In this document: positions 20,068 through 27,546 of the stretch, one piece after another
Layout of the letters: the number at the start of each line of letters is the position of its first letter
Numbering within the stretch: the stretch's first letter is position 1
Assembly: GCA_046583355.1 (NCBI GenBank)
Contig: JAYGCM010000048.1
Span: forward strand, 1-27,546
Direction of reading: 5' to 3'
Origin: Deltaproteobacteria bacterium
GTDB lineage: Bacteria > Desulfobacterota > Binatia > UBA12015
DNA length: 27,546 bases
Program-made: the position numbers and the translations under genes
The notes under the pieces: model-generated
Database searches by the model: none
What the model was told of the DNA's origin: nothing
What the model saw: the letters and a program-made list of their open reading frames with translations, nothing else

Positions 20068-21149
20068 TGCGCCGCACGCCACTCTACGACGCGCACCGCG
20101 AAGCGGGTGCCCGCTTCACGGAATTCGGTGGCTGGGAGATGCCGGTGCAATATGCCGGCTTGCTTGGCGAGCACGCGGCCGTGCGCGAGTTCGCCGGCCT
20201 TTTCGATGTCTCGCATATGGGCGAGTTCGAGATTCGTGGCCCGGCCGCGATGAAATTCTGCCTGTCGGTGGCGACCAATGACGCGAGCCGGCTTGTGGTC
20301 GGCAAGGCGCAATACACCCTTCTTTGCACCGAGGAGGGGGGCGTGATTGACGATACCATCCTCTATCGCCTGGGCGAAGAACGCTTCCTTCTTTGCGTCA
20401 ATGCTGGAAATAGAGAGCCCTGCGCGGATTGGCTAGGCGCTCGTGCCGAAGGCTTTGCCGGCGTATCGGTGACCGACCGCAGCGATGAGCTCGGCTTGAT
20501 CGCCCTGCAGGGACCACGTTCGGTGGCGCTTATATCCGAGATCGGCGCTGCGGCGCTGGCCGATTTGCCGCGCTTCGGGGTCGCCGAGCTCGAGGTCGCC
20601 GGCATCGGCGTTATCGCTGCACGTACTGGCTATACCGGCGAAGACGGCTTTGAGTTCTTTGTTCCGGCGGCATCGGCGGCAAGCCTCTGGGGCGCGCTTC
20701 TCTCCTCGGGCGAGTCGCTCGGTGTCCAGCCTATTGGTCTGGGTGCGCGCGATACGCTTCGCCTGGAGGCGGCGCTGCCGCTCTACGGCCACGAACTGGG
20801 CCGCGATATCTCGCCGCTTGAGGCCGGTCTGGGCTGGGCGGTAAAGGAGGCTCGGGGCGGCTTTCCGGGCGCGATTGCGTTGGCCAAAGAGCGTGCGGCG
20901 GGGCCGGCGCGCCGCCTGATCGGCTTGCGTCTGACCGAGCGCGGCATCGGCCGCGCGGGCTATCCGGTGCATGCCGACGACCGCCTGGTGGGCGTCGTGA
21001 CCAGCGGGACGAAAGCACCAACCCTGGGAAATGCGGTCGCGCTGGCTCTGGTCGCCGCAGATTCACTCAAGGGAAACTTTGCTGTCGAGGTCCGGGGACG
21101 AAAAATTTCGGCCGAGCGGGTTGATTTACCCTTCTATCGTCGGCAGTAG
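20067..21149 (+). CDS. gcvT: Glycine cleavage system aminomethyltransferase T
   Basis: RTPLY, FGGWEMPVQY, FDVSHMG, RTGYTGEDGFE, GLGARDTLRLEA, PFY. TGATG overlap with folD. Confidence 0.96.
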   Translation: MRRTPLYDAHREAGARFTEFGGWEMPVQYAGLLGEHAAVREFAGLFDVSHMGEFEIRGPAAMKFCLSVATNDASRLVVGKAQYTLLCTEEGGVIDDTILYRLGEERFLLCVNAGNREPCADWLGARAEGFAGVSVTDRSDELGLIALQGPRSVALISEIGAAALADLPRFGVAELEVAGIGVIAARTGYTGEDGFEFFVPAASAASLWGALLSSGESLGVQPIGLGARDTLRLEAALPLYGHELGRDISPLEAGLGWAVKEARGGFPGAIALAKERAAGPARRLIGLRLTERGIGRAGYPVHADDRLVGVVTSGTKAPTLGNAVALALVAADSLKGNFAVEVRGRKISAERVDLPFYRRQ

Positions 21150-21191
21150 TCCAACAACTCCAACCTGAACCGCGCAAGAGGAAACGACGCA

Positions 21192-21584
21192 ATGGAACTC
21201 CCCGCAGATCTCCAATACACCCGTGAACACGAATGGGTCCAGATCGATGGCAAGACCGCCACCATCGGCATCACCGACCACGCCCAGGAGCAACTCGGCG
21301 AGGTTGTTTTTGTGGAATTGCCGGCGGTGGGCGACCGCGTCGAGCGCGGCGACCCCTTCGGTGTGATCGAGTCGACCAAGGCGGTCTCGGACGTCTACGC
21401 TCCGCTGGCCGGCGAGGTTATCGAGGTCAATGATGATCTGCCCGAGAACCCCGAGATGTTGAACGAAGATCCCTACGGCGACGGCTGGATGGTCAAGTTC
21501 GTTCTGACCGACCCCGACGACAAAGAAGGGCTGATGTCGTCCGAAGAATACGCTCAATTCGTCGAAGAGCCCGAGGAAGACTGA
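21192..21584 (+). CDS. gcvH: Glycine cleavage system H protein (lipoyl carrier)
   Basis: YTREHEW, GITDHAQEQLG, IESTKAVSD (lipoyl Lys), NEDPYGDGW. Confidence 0.96.
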   Translation: MELPADLQYTREHEWVQIDGKTATIGITDHAQEQLGEVVFVELPAVGDRVERGDPFGVIESTKAVSDVYAPLAGEVIEVNDDLPENPEMLNEDPYGDGWMVKFVLTDPDDKEGLMSSEEYAQFVEEPEED

Positions 21585-21638
21585 GGCGGCCCGCCTCTGC
21601 GGCCTGCCCCTGCCTGCCGCAGCGGCTCGGTTGCTGCG

Positions 21639-22724
21639 TTAGTTCAACCCGACCTGGAGGCGGCTCTCGACATGCTGGAGCCGGGCGGCGCGGCCGCTGC
21701 CGTGGACCGCGCCGACGACCTGCGCGCGGAAAATGAACTCGAATTCCCCGTCGGCATTGGCCGCGGCGAGTGGGGGGTTGGGGTCGAAAGCGGCCTCGCG
21801 CAATGCCTCCAGCAGCGTGCCGTCCATCGCCTGGCTGCCGGAGCGGTCGACGATCTGCAGGTCGCGTAGCCGCCCCGTGGAATCGAGGATCGCGCGGATG
21901 GTGGTGAAGCCCCTTGCTGCGAGAATCTCCGGGGCGTCGAGCCGCTTGCGCTGCTCGATCAACATATTCTCGAAGACGCGGGTGCCGACGCGACGCACAA
22001 AGGGTGCGAAGCGATCGGCCTTTGTATTGAGCAGAGTGAGCCGTCCGGCGGTCACGTCGGGGAGCGCATCGTAGGTGCCGCGCAGGCCGGAGAGCAGCCC
22101 GCGCGATGGCGGCGGTGCGCGCAATAGGTCGCGGTTCGGATCGGCCTGATCCGTCACGGGTTCGGTCGGTGCGTTCGGGTTGGTGGCCTGGTGGGTTCGG
22201 AGTACTTGCGCTGGCGGCGCGAGCAGCGCGTCCAGGCCGGGCAGCTTGCGCCATGCTGGCCTGGTTCCGGTATCCGATGGAGTTGCCGGTTCCGCAAGCG
22301 GAGCATCCGGGCCGGCGCCTTGCTCGGCCGCCGCTGCCTCGGGTTGTCTCTGGGCCGTATTCTCCTTGGGCTGTGTGGCCGCTTGGCCATCCGGTCGGCC
22401 AGGGTTGGGTATGCCACGCGCAATCGTCTCTTCTGCGACACGGTTGTTGCGGTCGCTGAGAAAGGCGCGGACATCGGGAACCAAGCCGTTTTCCTGATCC
22501 GAAGGTGCCACCACCTGCGCTGGGGCTTGGCCAGCGGCTGCCGGCCTGCGGTTCTCGGCGGCGGGTTGCAGGGCGACGACGATATCGCGTGGCGGCGCCG
22601 GTGCCTGCAGGGGCCTGCGCCCGACCACCGCGAGAAAGAAGAAGTGGAGGACCAGCGAGATGACGATGGCGAGGGGCAGGATGCTGCGTGTGCGCCGCGG
22701 GGCGGGGCTCAGCAGCGTAGCCAT
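21639..22724 (-). CDS. TonB/TolA-like energy transducer protein
   Basis: N-terminal TM with S-x3-H (ISLVLH), long Pro/Ala-rich linker, C-terminal VDRSGSQAMD...EAAFDPNPP TonB_C-like domain. SD AAGGA before ATG 22724. Confidence 0.75.
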   Translation of the reverse strand: MATLLSPAPRRTRSILPLAIVISLVLHFFFLAVVGRRPLQAPAPPRDIVVALQPAAENRRPAAAGQAPAQVVAPSDQENGLVPDVRAFLSDRNNRVAEETIARGIPNPGRPDGQAATQPKENTAQRQPEAAAAEQGAGPDAPLAEPATPSDTGTRPAWRKLPGLDALLAPPAQVLRTHQATNPNAPTEPVTDQADPNRDLLRAPPPSRGLLSGLRGTYDALPDVTAGRLTLLNTKADRFAPFVRRVGTRVFENMLIEQRKRLDAPEILAARGFTTIRAILDSTGRLRDLQIVDRSGSQAMDGTLLEALREAAFDPNPPLAAANADGEFEFIFRAQVVGAVHGSGRAARLQHVESRLQVGLN

Positions 22725-22769
22725 GGGGCTTCCTTGCGGCGGGATTCCCACCTGATTAGACTTGCATTG

Positions 22770-22973
22770 ATGGGACTCGGCGTCACGGAGCTCTTGATCA
22801 TTCTGGCGGTTGTGCTGATCATTTTCGGCCCGAGCCGGTTACCCGGTCTGGGCTCCGGGTTCGGCGATGCGCTGCGGAATTTTCGCAAATCCATGAGCAA
22901 GCCCGATTCGATTGATATCACGCCGGACTCCGGGAAATCGGCGAAGGACGCCGACGACGATTCCCAAGCCTGA
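22770..22973 (+). CDS. tatA: Twin-arginine translocase subunit TatA/E
   Basis: MGLGVTELLIILAVVLIIFGPSRLPGLGSGFGDALRNFRK (TM, FG hinge, amphipathic helix). 3' end of ORF 22191..22973. Confidence 0.92.
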   Translation: MGLGVTELLIILAVVLIIFGPSRLPGLGSGFGDALRNFRKSMSKPDSIDITPDSGKSAKDADDDSQA

Positions 22974-22984
22974 TTCACGCTGGC

Positions 22985-24064
22985 TCAGGAGGCCCGGGCG
23001 TCGACGACCCGGCAGAGGACCTCGCTTGTGTCCGCCGGCGGGTCCGGGAAGACCAGCAGGAAACTCGCCGATTCGCCGGGGCGGATCACAAAACGCCGGT
23101 TTGGCTCAAGCCGCAGCAGCATATCGACCTCGCTCATGGAGAGGTCGCGAATCGTGCGCTTGGCCTGGTTGGCGGCATAGACCCTGCGCTTGCTTCGTGA
23201 TTTCCCGCCGGCGATCAACTCGCCCTCGATTTCGACCAGGCGAATATTCTGGCTTGTCGTATTGACGGCGCGCCCGGTGACGACATAGGCAAGGCGGTTT
23301 CCCTTGATATGGTCGAGGCCACCGCGCACGTCGCGCAGCTCCAGGCGCCAGGCGAGCAGGTGGTCCTGCCCGAGAAGATTGCCCAGGATGGGAATCCGGG
23401 TGAGGACGTCCATCGCCACATCCGGTCGCCGGGCGAAGGTGCCGGCAATCAGCAGGTAGGTGAGGCAGAGCAGTGCGACGGTGCCGCCTACGGGGCGCAG
23501 GGGGGAGCGGCGTGGGCGCTCGTCGGTAGCGGCGGGGCGTGCCCGTAGACCGCGCGGCCGTACGGCAGCTTTTTTCGGGCGTCGCGGCGAGCGCGGCTTG
23601 GCTTCGGGTTCGGGATCCCAATCGTCGTCTTCGTCGGGCAGTTCGGAGAAGTCTTCTTCGTAGGCCTCGTCCTGGTACTCGGTTTCTTCTTCGTCCTCTC
23701 GGCCCTCTTCGACCTCTTCGTTCCAACTCGGCTCGGGGAGCGGAGAATCCGCATCGCCGAAGCCGGCCTCTTCTTCCTCGTCGTCCAAGCCGCCGAGGAA
23801 GGCGGGTTCTTCGGACTCTCCGCTGGCTGCCGCGTGCCGCGGCGCACGTCCGCCGGCGGCTTCGTCGGAGTCTTCGTCAAATCCGAAGGAGAGGTTGGGT
23901 GGCTTGGCGGCCGCTTCTTTCCTCTTGCGACGCGCGGCTCTTTTCTCCTCGCCGGGCGCGAAGACGTTCTCGCAGCGGGTACATTTGAAGACAGGATTCT
24001 CGTCCGAGAGGCGGGAATCTGGCACGCGATATTGCGTGCGGCAACGCGGGCATTGAACGGTCAT
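22985..24064 (-). CDS. MJ0042-type zinc-ribbon, acidic linker, TM and DUF3426-like protein
   Basis: MTVQCPRCRTQYRVPD...FKCTRCENVF, very D/E-rich linker, one TM (GTVALLCLTYLLIAG), beta-rich C-terminus (VVTGRAVN...IRPGESASFLLVF). Confidence 0.8.
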   Translation of the reverse strand: MTVQCPRCRTQYRVPDSRLSDENPVFKCTRCENVFAPGEEKRAARRKRKEAAAKPPNLSFGFDEDSDEAAGGRAPRHAAASGESEEPAFLGGLDDEEEEAGFGDADSPLPEPSWNEEVEEGREDEEETEYQDEAYEEDFSELPDEDDDWDPEPEAKPRSPRRPKKAAVRPRGLRARPAATDERPRRSPLRPVGGTVALLCLTYLLIAGTFARRPDVAMDVLTRIPILGNLLGQDHLLAWRLELRDVRGGLDHIKGNRLAYVVTGRAVNTTSQNIRLVEIEGELIAGGKSRSKRRVYAANQAKRTIRDLSMSEVDMLLRLEPNRRFVIRPGESASFLLVFPDPPADTSEVLCRVVDARAS

Positions 24065-24101
24065 GCAGTGCTGTCCACATTGCCATAAGCTCGCGGCAAC
24101 T

Positions 24102-25598
24102 TCACCCGTCTGTTCCCTTATTTACGGGGGCCTCGACGACCAGGCCGGTCGCGTGGCCCATGATGTGGAAGAGAGTATTCTGTTCCATGGTGCCTGAGAC
24201 CAAATACGAGCGCGGACCAACGGCGTAGGCTGCCACGTCGGCACCGCCATGGGTCTCCATCGCCTGCGGAATGAGGGTCTCACGGATATGGTCCCTGGCG
24301 CTCGCCTCGGCCGCCGTGGGCGGTCGCCGACCACTCGCGGGTGGATTGCGCATTCCGTTGGCGTAGCTCAGTGTCGCATAGGGCTTGCCCTTGCGGTCGA
24401 GGCAGGGCGTCTCGGGCCCATCGCCTTCGATCGACTCGCAGAGACCGGTAATCGGGCTGCCGCGCCGAGGATAGCCCTGGATGCTCAGGGTATGGGAGTG
24501 GTCGGCGGTGACGACGATGAGGGTCCGGTCGCCGGTGGCCTTGCGGGCGGCGCGGATTGCCTCGGAGAATGCGACGCCATCGACAAGCGCGCGGTAGGGG
24601 TTGGTTGCGTGATGTGCATGGTCGATCCGGCCTCCTTCCACCAAGAGAATCCAGCGCTTGCCACTTGCCTGGAGGTGGCGAATCGCGGCGAGCGTCATCT
24701 CGCTTAGAGAGGGTTGGTCTTTTCGGTCGGCCTCGAATTGCATATGACTCGCCCCGAAAAGGCCGAGCACGCTGGCGGCGCCGTCGCCGGGCAAGGCGGC
24801 AAAATCGGCCGGGTCCAGAAGCACCAGGCCGCCAGAGTCGCGAAACTCCACCAGCAGGTCGCGGCCATCACGGCGGCTACCGGGAAGGCCGTCGCTGGTA
24901 AGCTTTTCTTCTGGCAGGAAGGGCCTTTGTCCGCCGCCCATGGCGAAGTCCAGCCGGGCCGCGATCAGCTGCGCGGCAATATCCTTCTGCCCGCGACAAT
25001 CGGCGGGCAGCGTCGCGTCGCTCTCGAAATTCCGATCCGCGCTCGCGGCGTATGCCGCCGCTGGAGTGGCATGCGTGAGGCGGGTAGTCGTGACGATGCC
25101 GCGGGCCCAGCCGCGCTCGCGGGCGAGGTCGAAGAGGCTGGGGACGCGATGGGCGGCGACGGCCGCGCAATCGCCTCGCTTGAGCCCGCTATCGACACCG
25201 ATCACTCCGGCGCGCGTCTTCACGCCGGCCAGGAGTGCGGTGGCGGTGCCGGCCGAATCCGGCACCTGGGCGTCGGTATTGTAAGTCTTGACCAGGGCCG
25301 CCCAGGGCATCTTATCGTAGGCGAGGTCGAATTCCTCGCCACTGCCGCCGGCCTCTTGGCCGGCGAAGATTCGCGTGGCCGTCACCGAGTTTACTCCGTT
25401 GCCGTCGGCGATGAAAAGAATCAGGTTGCGGGCCTCGCGGCGGTCGGGCTTTTGTTGGCGACGCGAGGCGAGCTCGGCGGCTCCCGTTTGCCATGTCGGG
25501 TCGGCTGCGGGGGCGCGGGCGGCCGCATCGGGCGATGTTCCGATCAGCCCCAGAGCGGCCAGCATGCCGATGAAAATAGACGTCTGTCTCGTATGCAT
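24102..25598 (-). CDS. Secreted alkaline phosphatase (PhoA family)
   Basis: Sec-type signal; FIADGNG, QVPDSAGTATA (catalytic Ser), THATPAA, EGGRIDHAHH, TADHSH, ETHGG. SD AAGGAG. Confidence 0.92.
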   Translation of the reverse strand: MHTRQTSIFIGMLAALGLIGTSPDAAARAPAADPTWQTGAAELASRRQQKPDRREARNLILFIADGNGVNSVTATRIFAGQEAGGSGEEFDLAYDKMPWAALVKTYNTDAQVPDSAGTATALLAGVKTRAGVIGVDSGLKRGDCAAVAAHRVPSLFDLARERGWARGIVTTTRLTHATPAAAYAASADRNFESDATLPADCRGQKDIAAQLIAARLDFAMGGGQRPFLPEEKLTSDGLPGSRRDGRDLLVEFRDSGGLVLLDPADFAALPGDGAASVLGLFGASHMQFEADRKDQPSLSEMTLAAIRHLQASGKRWILLVEGGRIDHAHHATNPYRALVDGVAFSEAIRAARKATGDRTLIVVTADHSHTLSIQGYPRRGSPITGLCESIEGDGPETPCLDRKGKPYATLSYANGMRNPPASGRRPPTAAEASARDHIRETLIPQAMETHGGADVAAYAVGPRSYLVSGTMEQNTLFHIMGHATGLVVEAPVNKGTDG

Positions 25599-25610
25599 AT
25601 GCGGAACTCC

Positions 25611-25829
25611 TTACTTTCCCCTTGCCCCGTGAAACGACCAGGTGCCGTCGAGGAAGAGCAGGACGGGTGCCGCTATGCCGTAGGTATAGGCCAGCAATTT
25701 CACCCAGCGCTCGGCGCGGCCCCAGCCGCGCCAGGAGATCCAGCGCCACGGCGCGTTTTTGTCGTAGGTGGCGGCATCGATCGGCCCGTGCAGGCTGCCC
25801 AGGAAACTATGTGTCACGCTTCTGCTCAT
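25611..25829 (-). CDS. Small Trp-rich membrane hypothetical protein (72 aa)
   Basis: ATG 25829 overlaps the upstream stop (ATGA), and its stop overlaps the SD of the phosphatase gene. One TM (LLAYTYGIAAPVLLFL). Confidence 0.65.
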   Translation of the reverse strand: MSRSVTHSFLGSLHGPIDAATYDKNAPWRWISWRGWGRAERWVKLLAYTYGIAAPVLLFLDGTWSFHGARGK

Positions 25830-26917
25830 TGGTCGTCTCCGCTGCGCCAATCGATCTGGCTGGCGCCCTGCATACTCGGCAAGTCCAGTGGCGTGAGAAT
25901 CCCTGGCGGTGCCGCGCAAACAGCGGGGATCGCATTGATGATGCGGCCCGCGGCCGTGGCGTTGCCGCCCGCCGCGGCTCCGGTCTCGAAGCGATCCTCG
26001 GCATGCAAGGAGACGACGAGGTCCGGGCGGCCGTGGATCTGTACGATATGGACGCCCTGTCCTTCGGGCGGGGAGGGCCATTCGGGGGCGCATTGGTCGT
26101 CGATGCGGGTGATATGCTCGGCGACGATCCGTGCCCGGCCGCCGATCATGCCACGAACCTCGAAGCGAAACGCGCCCTGCGTGCCCTTTTCGAAGACCCC
26201 CATGCCGGGGACTTCGACCTCACGCTCCAGCGGCCGTTTCTCGATATGCGTCTCGATTGTGTCGAGTTCCTGGCCCAATGCCTCGGCGAGGATTCGCAAC
26301 ATCGGTCCCCAGACCATCTTCAATCCGAAGTCGAGAAGCATCGGTGGGGTCGCGTCCATCGAGGTGCCGAAGCCGGCGAGTTGCCTTACGGCATCGGGTT
26401 GGTGGTAGAGGGCGTAATTGAAAAGTTCCTGAATGCGAATCTCTTCGATATCGGCGACCACGCCGGTGAGCAAGAGGGGCAGGATGTCGAGAACCCAGCC
26501 GGGGTCCATGCCCGAGACGAAGATCGAGGCGTTGCCGGCGCGGCATGCCGCCTCGATGGACTCTCGAACCTTTGGCGGTGCGAGTGCGGGATGGAGCAGG
26601 GGGTAGAACGAGGTCGAGACAACATTGGAGCCGGCGCGCAGGCACGTTTCCATGTCGGCGAGTGCCTCGGCCGGGCGCATATCGCCACTGGCGGTATAGG
26701 CCATGGCGTCGAGGCCGGCGGCCAGGGCGGCTGCGGGATCACGCGAGGCGTGCACGCCGAGCGGTGGCAAGCCAACCAATTCGCCCGCGTCGCGGCCTTC
26801 TTTGGCCGCAGCCGACACCAATACGGCCCGCAACTCCAGCTCGCGATGGCTCGCGACGGCGCGCAGCGCGGGCCGTCCAACATTGCCGATTCCCCACACG
26901 CCGACTCGAAGACTCAT
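25826..26917 (-). CDS. DapB-N / 2,4-diaminopentanoate dehydrogenase-like NAD(P)H-dependent amine dehydrogenase family protein
   Basis: From ATG 26917: RVGVWGIGNVG Rossmann motif, KEGRDAGEL.G, AGSNVVST, SGMDPG, EHITRI, TAAGRIINAIPAVCAAPPG..TPLDLP. Confidence 0.8.
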   Translation of the reverse strand: MSLRVGVWGIGNVGRPALRAVASHRELELRAVLVSAAAKEGRDAGELVGLPPLGVHASRDPAAALAAGLDAMAYTASGDMRPAEALADMETCLRAGSNVVSTSFYPLLHPALAPPKVRESIEAACRAGNASIFVSGMDPGWVLDILPLLLTGVVADIEEIRIQELFNYALYHQPDAVRQLAGFGTSMDATPPMLLDFGLKMVWGPMLRILAEALGQELDTIETHIEKRPLEREVEVPGMGVFEKGTQGAFRFEVRGMIGGRARIVAEHITRIDDQCAPEWPSPPEGQGVHIVQIHGRPDLVVSLHAEDRFETGAAAGGNATAAGRIINAIPAVCAAPPGILTPLDLPSMQGASQIDWRSGDDQ

Positions 26918-26979
26918 GTCGTTCAATTCAGCAGAAATGGAAGCAGAAGTCGTGCGCTTGCCGGCCGGGCCTCCGGGAA

Positions 26980-27546
26980 TCAGCTGCCTAGTGCTGCCGC
27001 AATGAGGTCGTCCATATTGAGTGCACCGGAATCGATCGCGCCGGCCCAACCGCCATCGACGTTCAGGTTATGCCCGCTGATGAAGCTGGCGGCATCGCTG
27101 TTGAGGAAAATCAGCGGTAGCGCCATCTCGACCGGCAGAGCACGGCGACCGATCGGTTGTGTCCAGACATCGATCAGCGCGGCCGGGGCCGTCTCCTCGA
27201 AATCGTTCATCATAGGCGACTCCGTCGGCGCCGGATTGAGGCAATTGAAGCGGATCTTCTTTGCAATCAATTCGGCGGCGACATGCATCGTGAAGAATTG
27301 CGTGCACATCTTCGAGAAGAGGTAGCCGTCGGAGACCACATCCTGGTGAGCCTCGCACCAGGCGAAGGCCGCGGCCGCGTCGTCGGTCGCAATCAATTCT
27401 TCGATCTCGGCGCGCCGCTCGGCCCAGCCATGGCCCGCCGTCGAAGCGATCACGGCCATGGCGCCGCCGCGCGGCATGCGTCGGGCAACCGCAAAGGTCC
27501 AATGGCGCATGCTGACGAAATTGACCCGCATCACCTCAAGCGGGGG
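26980..27546 (-). CDS. Short-chain dehydrogenase/reductase (coniferyl-alcohol/3-alpha-HSD-like), 5' end outside window
   Basis: VN, IASTAG (catalytic Ser), YLFSK (YxxxK), IRFNCLNPAPTESPM, FLNSDAASFISGHNLNVDGG. Confidence 0.88.
   Translation of the reverse strand, partial: PPLEVMRVNFVSMRHWTFAVARRMPRGGAMAVIASTAGHGWAERRAEIEELIATDDAAAAFAWCEAHQDVVSDGYLFSKMCTQFFTMHVAAELIAKKIRFNCLNPAPTESPMMNDFEETAPAALIDVWTQPIGRRALPVEMALPLIFLNSDAASFISGHNLNVDGGWAGAIDSGALNMDDLIAAALGS

Noticed and set aside
21583..21622. Hairpins between gcvH and the TonB-like gene
   Set aside because: Short competing GC stems without a U-tract; too weak to call a terminator.
23620..23880. Repetitive TCT/TCG-rich tract
   Set aside because: Encodes the D/E-rich linker of the zinc-ribbon protein; not a tandem repeat or CRISPR array.
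24714..27325. Plus-strand ORFs of 564 and 567 aa
   Set aside because: Antisense to well-supported phosphatase, dehydrogenase and SDR genes.

Overview
GC-rich bacterial chromosomal window of about 31 densely packed genes, mostly housekeeping. The gene content resembles a deltaproteobacteria-like lineage such as Binatia, but that is inference only. Left to right: a minus-strand run (tldD-pmbA, broken DUF1800, Tat-exported DUF1501, a membrane protein, a UPF0104/LPG-synthase-TM flippase); DHH phosphoesterase; queG; an orphan FliA/WhiG sigma factor behind a sigma-54-type motif; mobA; 5-formyl-THF cyclo-ligase; metK; a small acidic ORF; a GNAT; a CYTH/CyaB gene coupled to a degenerate LeuD/HacB-like swivel protein; surE; aspS; vapBC; ald; folD-gcvT-gcvH; a TonB-like protein; tatA; a zinc-ribbon/DUF3426-like protein; alkaline phosphatase; a small membrane ORF; an amine-dehydrogenase/DapB-like enzyme; and a partial SDR. 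I saw no rRNA, tRNA, CRISPR array or transposase. The most unusual observations are (i) a DUF1800 gene surviving as three fragments in three reading frames, apparently after two internal deletions, (ii) a LeuD-like pseudo-enzyme lacking its catalytic motifs and translationally coupled to a CYTH enzyme, and (iii) a sigma54-to-sigma28 cascade outside any flagellar cluster. All family assignments come from motif recognition, not database searches, and I cannot show that any of this is a new system.
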